From assembly GCA_963762255.1 (NCBI GenBank), contig CAVXKA010000001.1, forward strand, positions 384,001 to 448,000: 64,000 bases of DNA, in the 5' to 3' direction. The translations under genes and the position numbers were made by a program. Below the pieces are notes generated by a model. It made no database searches. It was given only the letters and a program-made list of their open reading frames with translations, and was not told the DNA's origin. Positions 27,074 to 37,528 of this stretch are shown in pieces. Position 1 is the first letter of the stretch. Each line of letters opens with the position of its first letter. The stretch is from Candidatus Eiseniibacteriota bacterium (lineage in GTDB: Bacteria; Eisenbacteria; RBG-16-71-46; JABDJR01).

Positions 27074-29038
27074 TCACGGCACCCTGCCGGCCGGGGTCGA
27101 ACGAGCCTCCCGGATGGTCCGGGCCACCTCATCCACCGTGTAGAAGTCGGCCTTCAAGATCTCCACCCCGTCCGGTCCGTAGATCACCAGGAGCGGGATG
27201 GTCAGGCGTCCGGTCTCCTTGAGCTTGGCCTTGCCGTCCGGGTTGTGCCCGGTGATGTCGACCTTGATCGGGGTTACCCCCGGCCCCGAAAGGAGTTCCA
27301 CCACCTCGGGGGCGTGGAGCACCCCATGCTCCAGGCTCTTGCAGTTCAGGCACCATTCCGCGGTGAAGTCCATGACCACCACGTCCCCCCGGCTCCGGGC
27401 CGTCTCGAGCCGCTCCGGGGTGTAATGGATCCACTCGATCGGCCCCTCGTTGGTGAGACGGATTCCGCCCAGGATCGCGCCGGCAACAGCCAGGATCCCC
27501 AGCCCCCCGAAGAAAGCCCGCTTCGCGGCCTTTCGCGTGATCCGCGCCGTGCGATAGGCGAGCCAGAACCCCGCGCCGGCTATGAAGGCCATGACCGCCC
27601 ACCAGTAGATGCGGCTCGGCGGATCGGGCGCGCGGCTCGTGAGGGCGCTCAGTCCGACCCCGATGAAATAGGCGGCGGCGGCCAGCATCAGGAGCCCCAT
27701 GACCTGCTTGATCAGTTCGCTCGCGGGGCCGGTGCGCGGCATCTTCTTGACCAGGCCGGGCCACGCCGAGAGCACGAAGTAGGGGAGCGCCATCCCGATT
27801 CCGATGGCGGCGAACGTCGTGAGCGTGGTGGCGGCCGGCCTGGTGGCCGCCCATGCCGCCGCAGCGCCCATGAACGGCGCGGTGCACGGCGTGGAGAGAA
27901 CCGCGGTCATGATCCCGAAGCCGAACGAGCCGGGATAGGTCTCCTGGCTCGGGTTGAAGGCGTAGATGAACCTCGGCACCTGCACGTAGAAGATCCCGGT
28001 CATCGCCACCGCGAGCACCGCAATCACCACCCCCACTCCGATCGTGAAGAGCGGGTACTGGAAGAGCTGGTTGGTGGCGGTGAACCCGCTCGCTGCCGCG
28101 ATGAGCCCGCCGAGCGCGAGCCAGAAGAACACGACGCCCAGCGACATGACCACGCCCAGCGCGAACATGCGCCGGCGATTCCCCGCTGCGTTGGCCAGGC
28201 TCATGATCTTGATCGGGATCACGGGCAGCACGCAGGGGGTGAAGTTGAGGAGGAGCCCCCCCACCATCGCGGTGAGGAGCAGGAGGACGAACCCCCATCG
28301 TGTGGAGGCGTCCACGGAGAAGCTCAGGTCGAAGAGATCGAAGCCCACGCGTTCGACGGCCCCCGACGCGGTCGCGGAGAGCCCCGCGAAAAGCTCTTCG
28401 TTGATCGGGCGCGCCGTCTCCCCCGCCGCCGCAAGAGGGATGGATTCCTCCAGCTTCGCCACCTGCGGCAGAAGGCAGTTCTTGTCGTCGCAGGCCTGGT
28501 ACTCGACCTCGAGCGTGACCTGAAGCGGGGCCGCGCCGGTGCTCGAACCCGCGGTCGCATTCGGGCCCGCGCCGGCGTCCTTCGCCACACGCATCGGCAC
28601 GTAGAAAACGGTGTGGCCGGAGAACGAGAGGAGTTCGCCATCCGCGTACTCCACCTTCACCGGGTGCGGCTTCGGAAAGCGCGCGGACTCGAGCGTGAGG
28701 GCCTCGGAGGCGTCCACCACCCGCACCGATGTCGGATAGGGCACAAAGTCCCCCACGGCCTTCACCTGCGCGGGATCGGGGTTGATATGGAAGCCGGGAT
28801 CGATGTCGACGACGATGGCCAGCGTGAGCGCCGCGCCGGGCACCGCGCGGTCCGCCGACCACGCCGCGCGCACGTGGATCGCGTCGGTTCGAGGACCCGC
28901 GCTCGTGATCTGCGCGATGTGCTCGTCGGTCACCTCGGGGACGCCCGCGTACAGGGGGGCGGCCGACAGCATGGCAACGACCGCGAGCAGCGCGACGATC
29001 GGCAGCGCGGCAAGGAGTGGACGGAGGTGATGCTTCAT
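27074..29038 (-). CDS. dsbD: DsbD-family protein-disulfide reductase
   Basis: N-domain YQACDDKNCL; TM domain LNFTPCVLPV and STPCTAPF; thioredoxin DFTAEWCLNC. Confidence 0.9.
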   Translation of the reverse strand: MKHHLRPLLAALPIVALLAVVAMLSAAPLYAGVPEVTDEHIAQITSAGPRTDAIHVRAAWSADRAVPGAALTLAIVVDIDPGFHINPDPAQVKAVGDFVPYPTSVRVVDASEALTLESARFPKPHPVKVEYADGELLSFSGHTVFYVPMRVAKDAGAGPNATAGSSTGAAPLQVTLEVEYQACDDKNCLLPQVAKLEESIPLAAAGETARPINEELFAGLSATASGAVERVGFDLFDLSFSVDASTRWGFVLLLLTAMVGGLLLNFTPCVLPVIPIKIMSLANAAGNRRRMFALGVVMSLGVVFFWLALGGLIAAASGFTATNQLFQYPLFTIGVGVVIAVLAVAMTGIFYVQVPRFIYAFNPSQETYPGSFGFGIMTAVLSTPCTAPFMGAAAAWAATRPAATTLTTFAAIGIGMALPYFVLSAWPGLVKKMPRTGPASELIKQVMGLLMLAAAAYFIGVGLSALTSRAPDPPSRIYWWAVMAFIAGAGFWLAYRTARITRKAAKRAFFGGLGILAVAGAILGGIRLTNEGPIEWIHYTPERLETARSRGDVVVMDFTAEWCLNCKSLEHGVLHAPEVVELLSGPGVTPIKVDITGHNPDGKAKLKETGRLTIPLLVIYGPDGVEILKADFYTVDEVARTIREARSTPAGRVP

Positions 29039-29166
29039 GCTTGGGGCTCTCGTTGGTTGGGCAAAGGGCGTTGAGTTTACCGCGGCGCCTCGGCTTGATT
29101 CCCCCCACCGCGTCAATTAGTCTTTCGGCAAGGAGTTAGGGCGACGAAGCGCGTCCAGTATACGTC

Positions 29167-29673
29167 ATGACCGAACTGCCCCATCTAGACCCCCAAGGCA
29201 AGGCACGCATGGTGGACGTCGGGGCCAAGGCCCCCACGTTGCGTCGTGCGATCGCCTCGGCGTGGGTGCGCATGCGCCCGGAGACGCTCGCCCTCATCGC
29301 GCAAGGGGGACTCCCCAAGGGAGACGCCCTGGCGGTGGCGCGCCTGGCCGGGATCGGCGGCGCGAAGCAGACCCCCTACTTGATCCCGCTCTGCCATCCG
29401 CTCCCGCTCGATCACGTCGGCGTTGAGATCACTCCGGTTCCTGAGCGGCACGCGGTGCGCATCCTCACCGAGGCGCGCACACGCGCCGCCACCGGCGTGG
29501 AGATGGAGGCGCTCACTGCCGCCGCCGTCGCCGGGCTCGCCCTCATCGACATGGTCAAAGGCGTCGACCGCGAGGCGCATATCGTCGAGGTCCGCCTCGA
29601 ACTCAAGGAGGGGGGCAAGAGCGGGCGCTGGGTGCGCGAGGGTTTTGTGGAGCGCACCGAGGGCTCGGCGTGA
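29167..29673 (+). CDS. moaC: Cyclic pyranopterin monophosphate synthase
   Basis: MVDVGAK, LIPLCHP, TGVEMEAL and KEGGKSG motifs. Confidence 0.95.
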   Translation: MTELPHLDPQGKARMVDVGAKAPTLRRAIASAWVRMRPETLALIAQGGLPKGDALAVARLAGIGGAKQTPYLIPLCHPLPLDHVGVEITPVPERHAVRILTEARTRAATGVEMEALTAAAVAGLALIDMVKGVDREAHIVEVRLELKEGGKSGRWVREGFVERTEGSA

Positions 29674-30179
29674 TCCGCGCGGCGGTGCTCGTCGTTTCGG
29701 ATCGCGTGAGCGCGGGCGGGCATGAGGACCTGAGCGGACCGGAAGCGGCGCGGGTGTTGACCCGCGCCGGCGCGGAGATCGCGACCATCGAAACCGTCCC
29801 CGACGAACGCGCGGCCATTGCCGAGCGCCTATGCGCGCTGGTCGACGGGGGCGTGGACCTGATCGTCACGAGCGGCGGCACCGGCTTCGCCGCGCGCGAT
29901 GTCACGCCGGAAGCCACGCGCGACGTGATCGAACGTGACGCGCCCGGGCTCGCGGAACTTCTTCGCCGAGAGACCGCGCGCGCCACACCGCTCGCCGCGT
30001 TGAGCCGGGGCGTGGCCGGCATCCGCGGGCGCGCGCTCATCGTGAACCTCCCCGGCAGCCCGCGCGCCGTGGCGGAGTGCCTCGAGGTGCTGGTCCCGCT
30101 CCTCCCTCACGCGGTGCGCCTCCTGCGCGGCGAGGATCCAGGGCACGCCGCGTGGCCGGGCGCGCACGAAGAGCCGTGA
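29670..30179 (+). CDS. mog: Molybdopterin adenylyltransferase (MogA/MoaB family)
   Basis: VSDR..DLSGP, TSGGTG..RDVTPEAT, SRG and NLPGSP motifs. Confidence 0.85.
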   Translation: MIRAAVLVVSDRVSAGGHEDLSGPEAARVLTRAGAEIATIETVPDERAAIAERLCALVDGGVDLIVTSGGTGFAARDVTPEATRDVIERDAPGLAELLRRETARATPLAALSRGVAGIRGRALIVNLPGSPRAVAECLEVLVPLLPHAVRLLRGEDPGHAAWPGAHEEP

Positions 30180-31441
30180 AGCCGCTTCTGCATTGGGAGG
30201 CCGCGCGCACCCGAGTGCTGGACGGCGTGCGTGCGCTTGCGCCCGTGACCCGCGCGGTGGCGGATTCGCGCGGGTACGCGCTCGCCGAAGCCGTGATGGC
30301 CCGCGAATCGATGCCCCCTTTCGACAACTCCGCGATGGACGGGTTCGCGGTGCGCGCGGCCGACGTGGCGGGCGCCTCGCAGGCGTCGCCAGCGGTCCTG
30401 CGCATCGTCGGCACGATCGCCGCCGGCGCGCGCGATCTCCCTCGCGTGGGCCCCACCGAGGCCGCCCGCATCATGACCGGCGCTCCGATCCCCCCCGGCG
30501 TGGACTCGATCGTGCCGGTGGAGCTCACCGACACGTGGGACGGCGAGCGCCGCATGTCGCGGGCCGCGGAGAGCATGGCCGACCCCGCGCGCGTGCGCGT
30601 CTTCGCGCCCGTGCGGCCGGGTGACCACGTGCGACGCGCGGGCGAGAGCGTCACCGCGGGCGCGTTGGTGCTCTCACGCGGCGAGCGCCTCGGCCCCGCG
30701 CAGATCGCCATGCTCCTATCGGTCGGTGTGTTCGAGACGGCGGTGCATACGTTGCCCCGTGTCGGCGTGATCTCCACGGGCGACGAGCTCGTGACGGATG
30801 CCGCGCCGCTTCGCGCGGGGCAGATCCGCGACTCGAACCGCCCGGGGCTCCTCGCCGCGATCGCGGACCAGGGCTTCGTCGGGGTCGATCTCGGAGCCGC
30901 GCGCGACGACGCGGACGAGATCGAGCGGCGCGTGCTGGACGGTCTCGCGCGAGTCGACTTCCTGCTCACGAGCGGTGGCGTCAGCGTGGGCGACTACGAC
31001 CTCACCCGCCGCGTTCTCGCGCGGATCGGCGACGTGGAGGCCTACGGGGTCGCGGTGAAGCCGGGCCGGCCGCAGCTCTTCGGCGCGGTGCGTGGCGTGC
31101 CGGTGTTCGGCCTTCCCGGCAACGCGGTCTCCTCGCTCGTCGTCTTCGATCAGTTCGTGCTTCCCGCGCTCAAGAAGATGGCGGGGCGCCTCGACGTCTT
31201 CCGCCCCGTCTTTCCGGCACGGCTGGCCGAGCCGCTCGGCCGCACGCCCGACCGCGTGGAGTTCGTGCGCGTCAGGCTGGAGTGCCGCGACGGCGAGTGG
31301 ATCGCTTTCAACACCGGGCCCCAGGGTTCGGGTATTCTCAGCACGATGGCGCGGGCCAACGGCTACGTCATCCTCCCCGCAGGCGTGGAGGAATTCGCAA
31401 CGGGGAGCTCGGTGCCGTGCCAGCTCCTGACCCGAGATTGA
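30176..31441 (+). CDS. moeA: Molybdopterin molybdenumtransferase
   Basis: GTG 30176 overlaps the upstream stop; PPFDNSAMDGFA, STGDEL, SGGVSVGDYD, KPGRP and LPGN motifs. Confidence 0.93.
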   Translation: MKPLLHWEAARTRVLDGVRALAPVTRAVADSRGYALAEAVMARESMPPFDNSAMDGFAVRAADVAGASQASPAVLRIVGTIAAGARDLPRVGPTEAARIMTGAPIPPGVDSIVPVELTDTWDGERRMSRAAESMADPARVRVFAPVRPGDHVRRAGESVTAGALVLSRGERLGPAQIAMLLSVGVFETAVHTLPRVGVISTGDELVTDAAPLRAGQIRDSNRPGLLAAIADQGFVGVDLGAARDDADEIERRVLDGLARVDFLLTSGGVSVGDYDLTRRVLARIGDVEAYGVAVKPGRPQLFGAVRGVPVFGLPGNAVSSLVVFDQFVLPALKKMAGRLDVFRPVFPARLAEPLGRTPDRVEFVRVRLECRDGEWIAFNTGPQGSGILSTMARANGYVILPAGVEEFATGSSVPCQLLTRD

Positions 31442-31473
31442 CCACCCACGGGGTTTCCTTCGGAGGTAACCAA

Positions 31474-33999
31474 GTGTCTCAGCTTCGCTCCGGCGCGCTT
31501 GTCGCAACCGCGCTCGCCCTGCTTCTCGCCGCATTCGCCGTTTCCGCGGAGGCCGGTCGGCTCTCGCCGCGCCTCCTGCGCGCCGAGCGCGCGTTGCGCG
31601 CAGCGGCAAAGGACCCCGCCGAGGCCTCGGCGATTCCCCCGCTCGCAGAGACTGCCATCGCGAACCGCGCGACGGGCGGCGTACTGCCCGCTGCCGGTGA
31701 GGAAGCGCGACTCTCGCTCCTCATCCTCACCGACAATCCCGACGCGCTGCGCGCTGCGGGCTTCGCGGTTCGCACCGTGGCCGGCGAAGTGGTGACCGCC
31801 ACCGTCCCCGTCTCCCGCCTTCGCGAGCTGGAGTCCGTCCCCGGCGTGCGCTGGGCGGAACTCTCGCGGCCGCTCGAGCCCAAGCTCGACGTGAGCCTCT
31901 CGGAGATCAGCGGGGCACAGGCACACGGCGCCGCTCAGCCTCCGTACCCCGTCTCGGGCGCCACCGGTCGCAACGTGATCGTGGGAATCGTGGACAGCGG
32001 CATCGATCTCGCCCATCCCGACTTTCGCAACGCCGACGGCACCTCCCGCGTGGAGTGGGTGTGGGATCAGAACGATCCCATCGGGCCCAATCTGGGCGGG
32101 GTCTACGATTACGGAACGGTGTGGGCCTCCGCCGCCATCAACGCAGGCACCACGCGGCAGCAGGACACCTACGGCCACGGCACGCACGTGGCGGGGATCG
32201 CCGCGGGCAGCGGCCGCGCCAGCGGCGGGACGGTCGCTCCGTACACCTACGTGGGGGTCGCCCCGGAGGCCGACCTCGTCATCGTCAACACCGACTTCTC
32301 GACCGGCGGCGTCATCGACGCGGTGCAGTGGATCCAGGGAGTCGCGGAGGCGATGGGACGTCCGTCGGTGGTGAACCTCTCCCTCGGCTCGCAGTTCGGC
32401 TCGCACGACGGCACCGATCAGCTCGACGTCGCGTTTCGGGCGCTCAGCGGTCCCGGCAAGATCATCGTGGCTTCCGCGGGCAACGAAGGGAATGCGGGGA
32501 TCCACGCCGAGGCCTTGGTGCCCGCCGGCGGCTCTCTCAACTTGCAGTTCACCATCGGCCCCTACGCCGCCAAGCCGGGCAACACCGGATCCGCGCAGCA
32601 GGATGCGCTCATCATCGAGAGCTGGTATCCCGGGGCGCAGACGCTCACCTTCCAGGTCACCTCGCCGCGCAGCTTCAGCTCGAACACGATCGGCCTCAAC
32701 CAGGAGGTCACCAAACAGACCAACGACGGGACGATCTACGTCGGTGTGGTCCGGGCGGTCCAGAACAACGACAACACCTGCGAGATCGATCTGTGGGACT
32801 CCAACGCCACGTATCCTCCGTACGCGGGAACATGGACGGTGCGGGTGAACAACCCGGGGGCGACGGCGGTGCCGATCGACTTCTGGATCCCCTACGACGC
32901 GCTCGGCGGCGGCGAGGCGCTGACCCACTGGGCGACCTACGAGGCCGCCCGGGAGACGGTCGGAAGCCCCGCTACGTCGGACTCGGTGATCGCAGTCGCC
33001 GCCTACGTCAGCAAGTCGAGTTGGCCCTACGGACAGAGCTCGATCTGCAGCTACGATCCGCCGCCCCCCTTGGGCAGCCTCGCCTCGTTCTCGAGCCGCG
33101 GACCTCGCCGCGACGGCGCGCTCAAGCCCGATATTGCCGCACCGGGAATGGGCATCGCCTCGGCGTGGTCCTCGACCGGAGATCCCTACTTCTACGACAA
33201 CGTGGCCTGCGCCAAGACCAGCGACGGCTATCACGTGGTGAGCCAGGGCACGAGCCAATCCTCTCCGCACATCGCGGGAGTGGTGGCCTTGATCCTGGAG
33301 AAGCACCCCACCGACGCAAACCGCCAGGTGCTCGCGCGCCTCAGGAACTCCGCGCGCAACGACGCGTGGACGGGGACGGTGCCCAATTGGAACTACGGCT
33401 ACGGCAAGGTCGACGCGCAGGACGCGATCGACGCTTCGACCCCGGTGCGGCTCCTCGCGATGGGCGCGGCCTGGACCGACGGCGCGGCGACGGTGAGCTG
33501 GACGGTGGCCGAAGCCCAGGTCGGCGCGCAGTACCAGGTCGAGCGAAGCGCGCGCGAGGACGCGGACTTTAGCCCCGCGAGCGAAATGCTCAGCGGCGGG
33601 CCTTCGTTCGCGTGGATCGACGAGAGCCCCGATCTCGACGAACCCTGGTATCGCGTCATCGCGTTCGCACCGGACGGCGGGCGCGAGGTGCTGGGGACGG
33701 TGCGCCTAGAAGGGTTGCCCACCGTCCTGCGGCTCGGGCAGAACGCGCCCAACCCGTTCACCGCGAGCACGCGCCTCTCGTTCTCGCTCGATCGCGCGCG
33801 GGACGTGCGGGTCGATGTGGTCGATGTGAGCGGGCGGCGAGTGACCACGCTGGCGACAGGACTCTTCGCGGCGGGACCGCATGTCCTCGACTGGGACGGC
33901 CGCGACGCCCAGGGGCGGCCGGCGGCGGCCGGCGTCTACTTCTGCCGCCTTCGCGCGGACGACACCACGCTCACGCGACGCATGGTGCTGAAGCAATGA
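31474..33999 (+). CDS. Secreted S8 subtilase with C-terminal FlgD-Ig-like CTD
   Basis: GTG 31474 after GGAGG; catalytic IVDSG, GHGTHVAG and GTSQSSP; tail QNAPNPF..WDGRD..GVYF. Confidence 0.9.
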   Translation: MSQLRSGALVATALALLLAAFAVSAEAGRLSPRLLRAERALRAAAKDPAEASAIPPLAETAIANRATGGVLPAAGEEARLSLLILTDNPDALRAAGFAVRTVAGEVVTATVPVSRLRELESVPGVRWAELSRPLEPKLDVSLSEISGAQAHGAAQPPYPVSGATGRNVIVGIVDSGIDLAHPDFRNADGTSRVEWVWDQNDPIGPNLGGVYDYGTVWASAAINAGTTRQQDTYGHGTHVAGIAAGSGRASGGTVAPYTYVGVAPEADLVIVNTDFSTGGVIDAVQWIQGVAEAMGRPSVVNLSLGSQFGSHDGTDQLDVAFRALSGPGKIIVASAGNEGNAGIHAEALVPAGGSLNLQFTIGPYAAKPGNTGSAQQDALIIESWYPGAQTLTFQVTSPRSFSSNTIGLNQEVTKQTNDGTIYVGVVRAVQNNDNTCEIDLWDSNATYPPYAGTWTVRVNNPGATAVPIDFWIPYDALGGGEALTHWATYEAARETVGSPATSDSVIAVAAYVSKSSWPYGQSSICSYDPPPPLGSLASFSSRGPRRDGALKPDIAAPGMGIASAWSSTGDPYFYDNVACAKTSDGYHVVSQGTSQSSPHIAGVVALILEKHPTDANRQVLARLRNSARNDAWTGTVPNWNYGYGKVDAQDAIDASTPVRLLAMGAAWTDGAATVSWTVAEAQVGAQYQVERSAREDADFSPASEMLSGGPSFAWIDESPDLDEPWYRVIAFAPDGGREVLGTVRLEGLPTVLRLGQNAPNPFTASTRLSFSLDRARDVRVDVVDVSGRRVTTLATGLFAAGPHVLDWDGRDAQGRPAAAGVYFCRLRADDTTLTRRMVLKQ

Positions 34000-34027
34000 G
34001 CCTCGCGAACGATTGGAGGCTGAGACG

Positions 34028-34516
34028 ATGAACGGACAAGAGCTTCACCTTCTCGTCAACCACGTCCCCGTCATCGGATCGATGGGCGCGTTCCTGCTTC
34101 TGGCCATAGCATCGGTCACGCAGTCGAAGGCGCTGACGAGGACCGCGCTGGCGTTCACCGTGCTGGTCGGGGTGAGTTCCGCCGTCGCGTTCCTCACGGG
34201 GGAGCCCGCCGAGGAGGTCGTCGAGCACCTCCCGGGCATCGTGACCGGCGCGATCGAGCACCACGAGGAGATGGCCGACCGCGCGTTGTGGCTGGGGATC
34301 GTGACCGGCGTTGTGGGGTTGGCGAGCCTGTACTTGGGCCGGCGTCACCCCGGAAAGCGATCGGCGGTGCTGCCAAGCCTCGTCCTCATGATGGCGCTCG
34401 TGGCGCTCATGGCTTGGACCGCGCACCTGGGAGGCAAAATCCATCGCCCGGAGCTCACGGGCGCCGGCGCGGTGATCGCCCCCGGTGGCGAAGAAGCGCG
34501 CGGCGACGATGACTGA
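34028..34516 (+). CDS. DUF2231-like membrane protein
   Basis: HLLVNHVP, TGE.AEE, HE and HLGGKIH motifs; 4 TM helices. Confidence 0.7.
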   Translation: MNGQELHLLVNHVPVIGSMGAFLLLAIASVTQSKALTRTALAFTVLVGVSSAVAFLTGEPAEEVVEHLPGIVTGAIEHHEEMADRALWLGIVTGVVGLASLYLGRRHPGKRSAVLPSLVLMMALVALMAWTAHLGGKIHRPELTGAGAVIAPGGEEARGDDD

Positions 34517-34901
34517 ATCGACGCGCCCCGTCATCGTCTTCCACGCCAAGAACGAGTTCGAGGCGCAGATGGCGCGCGATGCGTTGGCGGCGGGCGAGGT
34601 TCCGGTGCTCCACCTGCCGAGCCTCACCACCGGGCTCTTCGGCATGATGCAGACGACACGCGTGGCGGTACCGGAGGATTGCGTCGAGGAGGCGCTCGAA
34701 GTGCTGAACGAGGCGGGCTTCACCGGCGCGGTGGAAGAGGCCCCGCGGGGGCTGAACGCCTTCGGGGACGCGGTGCGGGAGGTGTTTCCGGTGACCGGCA
34801 AACCCGGATTGGGCTGGCAGAGCCGCCTCTTCCGGGTGTGGGCACTGGTCGGGTTGATCGCGCTCGTCCTGGTCGTGTACGCCGTTCTCAAGGGACGCTG
34901 A
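34509..34901 (+). CDS. DUF2007-like small membrane-anchored protein
   Basis: NEFEAQMARDAL..G and VAVPED..EEALEVL motifs; C-terminal TM helix. Confidence 0.65.
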   Translation: MTESTRPVIVFHAKNEFEAQMARDALAAGEVPVLHLPSLTTGLFGMMQTTRVAVPEDCVEEALEVLNEAGFTGAVEEAPRGLNAFGDAVREVFPVTGKPGLGWQSRLFRVWALVGLIALVLVVYAVLKGR

Positions 34902-35039
34902 GCCCCGGGGGGGCCGGCGCGCTCTCGGCAGGGTCCGAAATAATTCTTGCGCGGGGCGGCACCTGTCTCTAGTAGACTGATCGGTAGTTCCCACCCCCCC
35001 TCGTCCACCCGGTTCGACATGTCTAACCAGGAGGACACC

Positions 35040-36248
35040 ATGTTTCCCCTTCGTTTCTCCCCCGTTGTCGCGGCATGCGTGCTCATCGTGGGGCTCGGCG
35101 CCGCGGCGCTTCTTTCTTCCCCTGCCCCCGCCGGGCCGACCGGCGCGTGGATCGGCGTCCGTCTGCAGAACCTCGACGACAACCTGCGCGAGGCGATGAA
35201 CATCGACCGCCATGTGCAAGGCGCGCTGGTGAGCAACGTCATGGACGACAGCCCGGCCGAGAAGGCGGGCCTCGAGGACGGCGACGTCATCGTCGAGGTC
35301 GCCGGCCATCGCACCACGACCCTGGAGGAGGTCACGAGCGCGGTGCGTGAGCTGGAGCCCGGCGAGAAGGCGTTGATCGTCGTCTCTCGCGGCGGACAGA
35401 CCCGCGGTCTCGACATCGTGCCCTCATCCCGTTCGGAGTCCTTCGCGTGGACGGACCAGGGGGATAAGGGCGACCGCAAGGTGCGCAAGCTCGTGATCGA
35501 GTCGGACGAGGACAAGGAGGAGTTCGAAAAGGAGCTGCAGGAGCTTGCGGAGCACGGCCAGCTCACCGAGGAGCAGGCGCGCAAGATCGAACGGAAGGCG
35601 AAAGAGATCGAGAAGCACTTCCAGCACGATGCGCAGGGCGACCATGACCGCCAGATCCGCATCATTCATGCGGATGGCAACAAGGGCGGGTATCTGGGCG
35701 TGCAGTCGATGGAAGTGGGACAGCTCGCCGACTACTTCGGAGCGGCGAAAGACGAGGGCGTGCTGGTCACCGAGGTCGTCGAGGAGAGTCCGGCGGCGGA
35801 GGCCGGCCTCAAGGCGGGAGACGTGATCCTCGCGGTGGGTGACGAAGAGGTGAGCGACCCCGAGGAGCTGCGCGAAGCGGTGCGCGGCCAGAAGCCCGGG
35901 GAGAGCGTGAAGATCGAGATCCTTCGCCGCGGGACACGCTCCACGGTGACGGCCAAGCTCGGCGATGCCTCCGACATGGGCGACGCGGAGATGTTCTTCA
36001 TGAGCCCGGAGGACGGAAACGTCATGATCCCGGAGATCCCGCGGATTCCGCGGGCCCCGCGGATCGACATCCAGGCTCCGAACTTCCAGTGGCGGGGCGA
36101 CGGCGACGCGCACGTCCTGCGCCTGGACGACGAGGAGCTCCAGAAGTTCAAGGAGGAGCTGCACAAGAGCCTGGATGAGATGCGCAAGCAGCTCGACGAG
36201 ATGAAGCGCGAGTTGAAGCGCGCCCACGAAGACACGGACACGGACTAA
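35040..36248 (+). CDS. Periplasmic tandem-PDZ protein (no protease domain)
   Basis: Signal peptide; two PDZ domains (WIGV..SPAEKAGLEDGDVI; YLGV..SPAAEAGLKAGDVI). Confidence 0.85.
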   Translation: MFPLRFSPVVAACVLIVGLGAAALLSSPAPAGPTGAWIGVRLQNLDDNLREAMNIDRHVQGALVSNVMDDSPAEKAGLEDGDVIVEVAGHRTTTLEEVTSAVRELEPGEKALIVVSRGGQTRGLDIVPSSRSESFAWTDQGDKGDRKVRKLVIESDEDKEEFEKELQELAEHGQLTEEQARKIERKAKEIEKHFQHDAQGDHDRQIRIIHADGNKGGYLGVQSMEVGQLADYFGAAKDEGVLVTEVVEESPAAEAGLKAGDVILAVGDEEVSDPEELREAVRGQKPGESVKIEILRRGTRSTVTAKLGDASDMGDAEMFFMSPEDGNVMIPEIPRIPRAPRIDIQAPNFQWRGDGDAHVLRLDDEELQKFKEELHKSLDEMRKQLDEMKRELKRAHEDTDTD

Positions 36249-37402
36249 CTCACGGGTCGGGACCCGGGAGGATGGGGCGGAGGCGATCCCGCATCGGTCG
36301 CCTCCGCCACCGAGTCCCAGAACCGCGCACTCTCTTCGAGGTACCCCGCGCCGCTCGACGCGGTCTCGACCGCCCTCGCTCCCGCCTTCTGCGCGAAGGA
36401 CGTCACCTTTTCGAAGAGGCTCGATCCCCAACCGGCCACTCCGCGCGCCATGCCTTTGGTTCCGCGCATCGCGCCCTCGCTGACCGCACGCCGCGTGAGC
36501 GATGCCACGCGCTTCGCTCCGTCCCCCACCACGGAGCCCAAGAGTCCCGCGGCCTCCAGCGACGCGCTCCGCGTGACCTCGCGGCGGTCCCCCTCCAGCC
36601 GCAGCGCGCAGTAGCGGCGCGCGAGCGCGCCCACTCGCAGGGTGAGGAACGCGTTCGCCGAGCCGTCGAGGAGGCTTGTCACGAGAAGCGACACCAACGG
36701 ATCGGTGCCGTGCACCGGCAGTAGCCCGGTCAACCCCGCGGTGACCGGGGCGCCCAGTACGGCCAGGAGCTCGCTGTCCTGGATCTCGCCGGCCACGAAG
36801 ACCGACGCGCCTACGTTCACATACACCGCCCACAACTCGCGGGGCCGCGGCCGCTGGTAGTAGAGCTCGGCGATCTCCTTCACCAGGCGGATCTGCGCCG
36901 AGAGCACGATCGCCGCATCCAGCCGCCCGCTCTGCGAAATCGCGGTTGCGGTGAACACGGCGGCGGCGTGGCGCGCCACGATCTTGCGCGCCTGCTCGTC
37001 CAGATAGCCGACCGCCTTCGTCGCTTCCGCCTCAACCACCGCCATGTCGCGCTTCTCGCGCAGCGCCGCATCGAGAGCGCCGACGTCCGCGTGGCCCGCG
37101 CGCACGACCGGGTTGCGAGCGAGGCGCTTCGCGTAGCGCCGGACGAACTTCTCCCACGCGGCGCCGCGCTGCTCTTTCGGGCGAGTCAACGCGCCGGGAA
37201 GGCGCAGCACCTGGGCGATCGGGACCAGCACGAGCAGCACGATCCCCGCCGCCACCGCGATCAGCACCACGGCGCCCAGAAGCGGGTGGACCGCCCGCGC
37301 TTCCCGGTAGAGGACGAGCCCCGAGCCCAGGAGCCCGACCACGGCGAGGATGGCGAATCCGATCAGGATGGGAAGCACGATGGCGCGCAGGGTCTTCAAC
37401 AT
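36245..37402 (-). CDS. YcjF/DUF697-like membrane protein
   Basis: ATG 37402; TAISQSGRLD, LYYQRP and DGSANAFLTLRVG motifs. Confidence 0.75.
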   Translation of the reverse strand: MLKTLRAIVLPILIGFAILAVVGLLGSGLVLYREARAVHPLLGAVVLIAVAAGIVLLVLVPIAQVLRLPGALTRPKEQRGAAWEKFVRRYAKRLARNPVVRAGHADVGALDAALREKRDMAVVEAEATKAVGYLDEQARKIVARHAAAVFTATAISQSGRLDAAIVLSAQIRLVKEIAELYYQRPRPRELWAVYVNVGASVFVAGEIQDSELLAVLGAPVTAGLTGLLPVHGTDPLVSLLVTSLLDGSANAFLTLRVGALARRYCALRLEGDRREVTRSASLEAAGLLGSVVGDGAKRVASLTRRAVSEGAMRGTKGMARGVAGWGSSLFEKVTSFAQKAGARAVETASSGAGYLEESARFWDSVAEATDAGSPPPHPPGSRPVS

Positions 37403-37528
37403 GGAGCCAGCATACGCGAAGCCGTGGGCGCCGGGCGAGAAGGACAGCGCTACTCCCCAAGCCGCACGGGTCGGGAGCCTCTTCGTCGGCACTCCCCAAA
37501 CCCGGCGCGTTGGGCGAGAATGGAGCCC

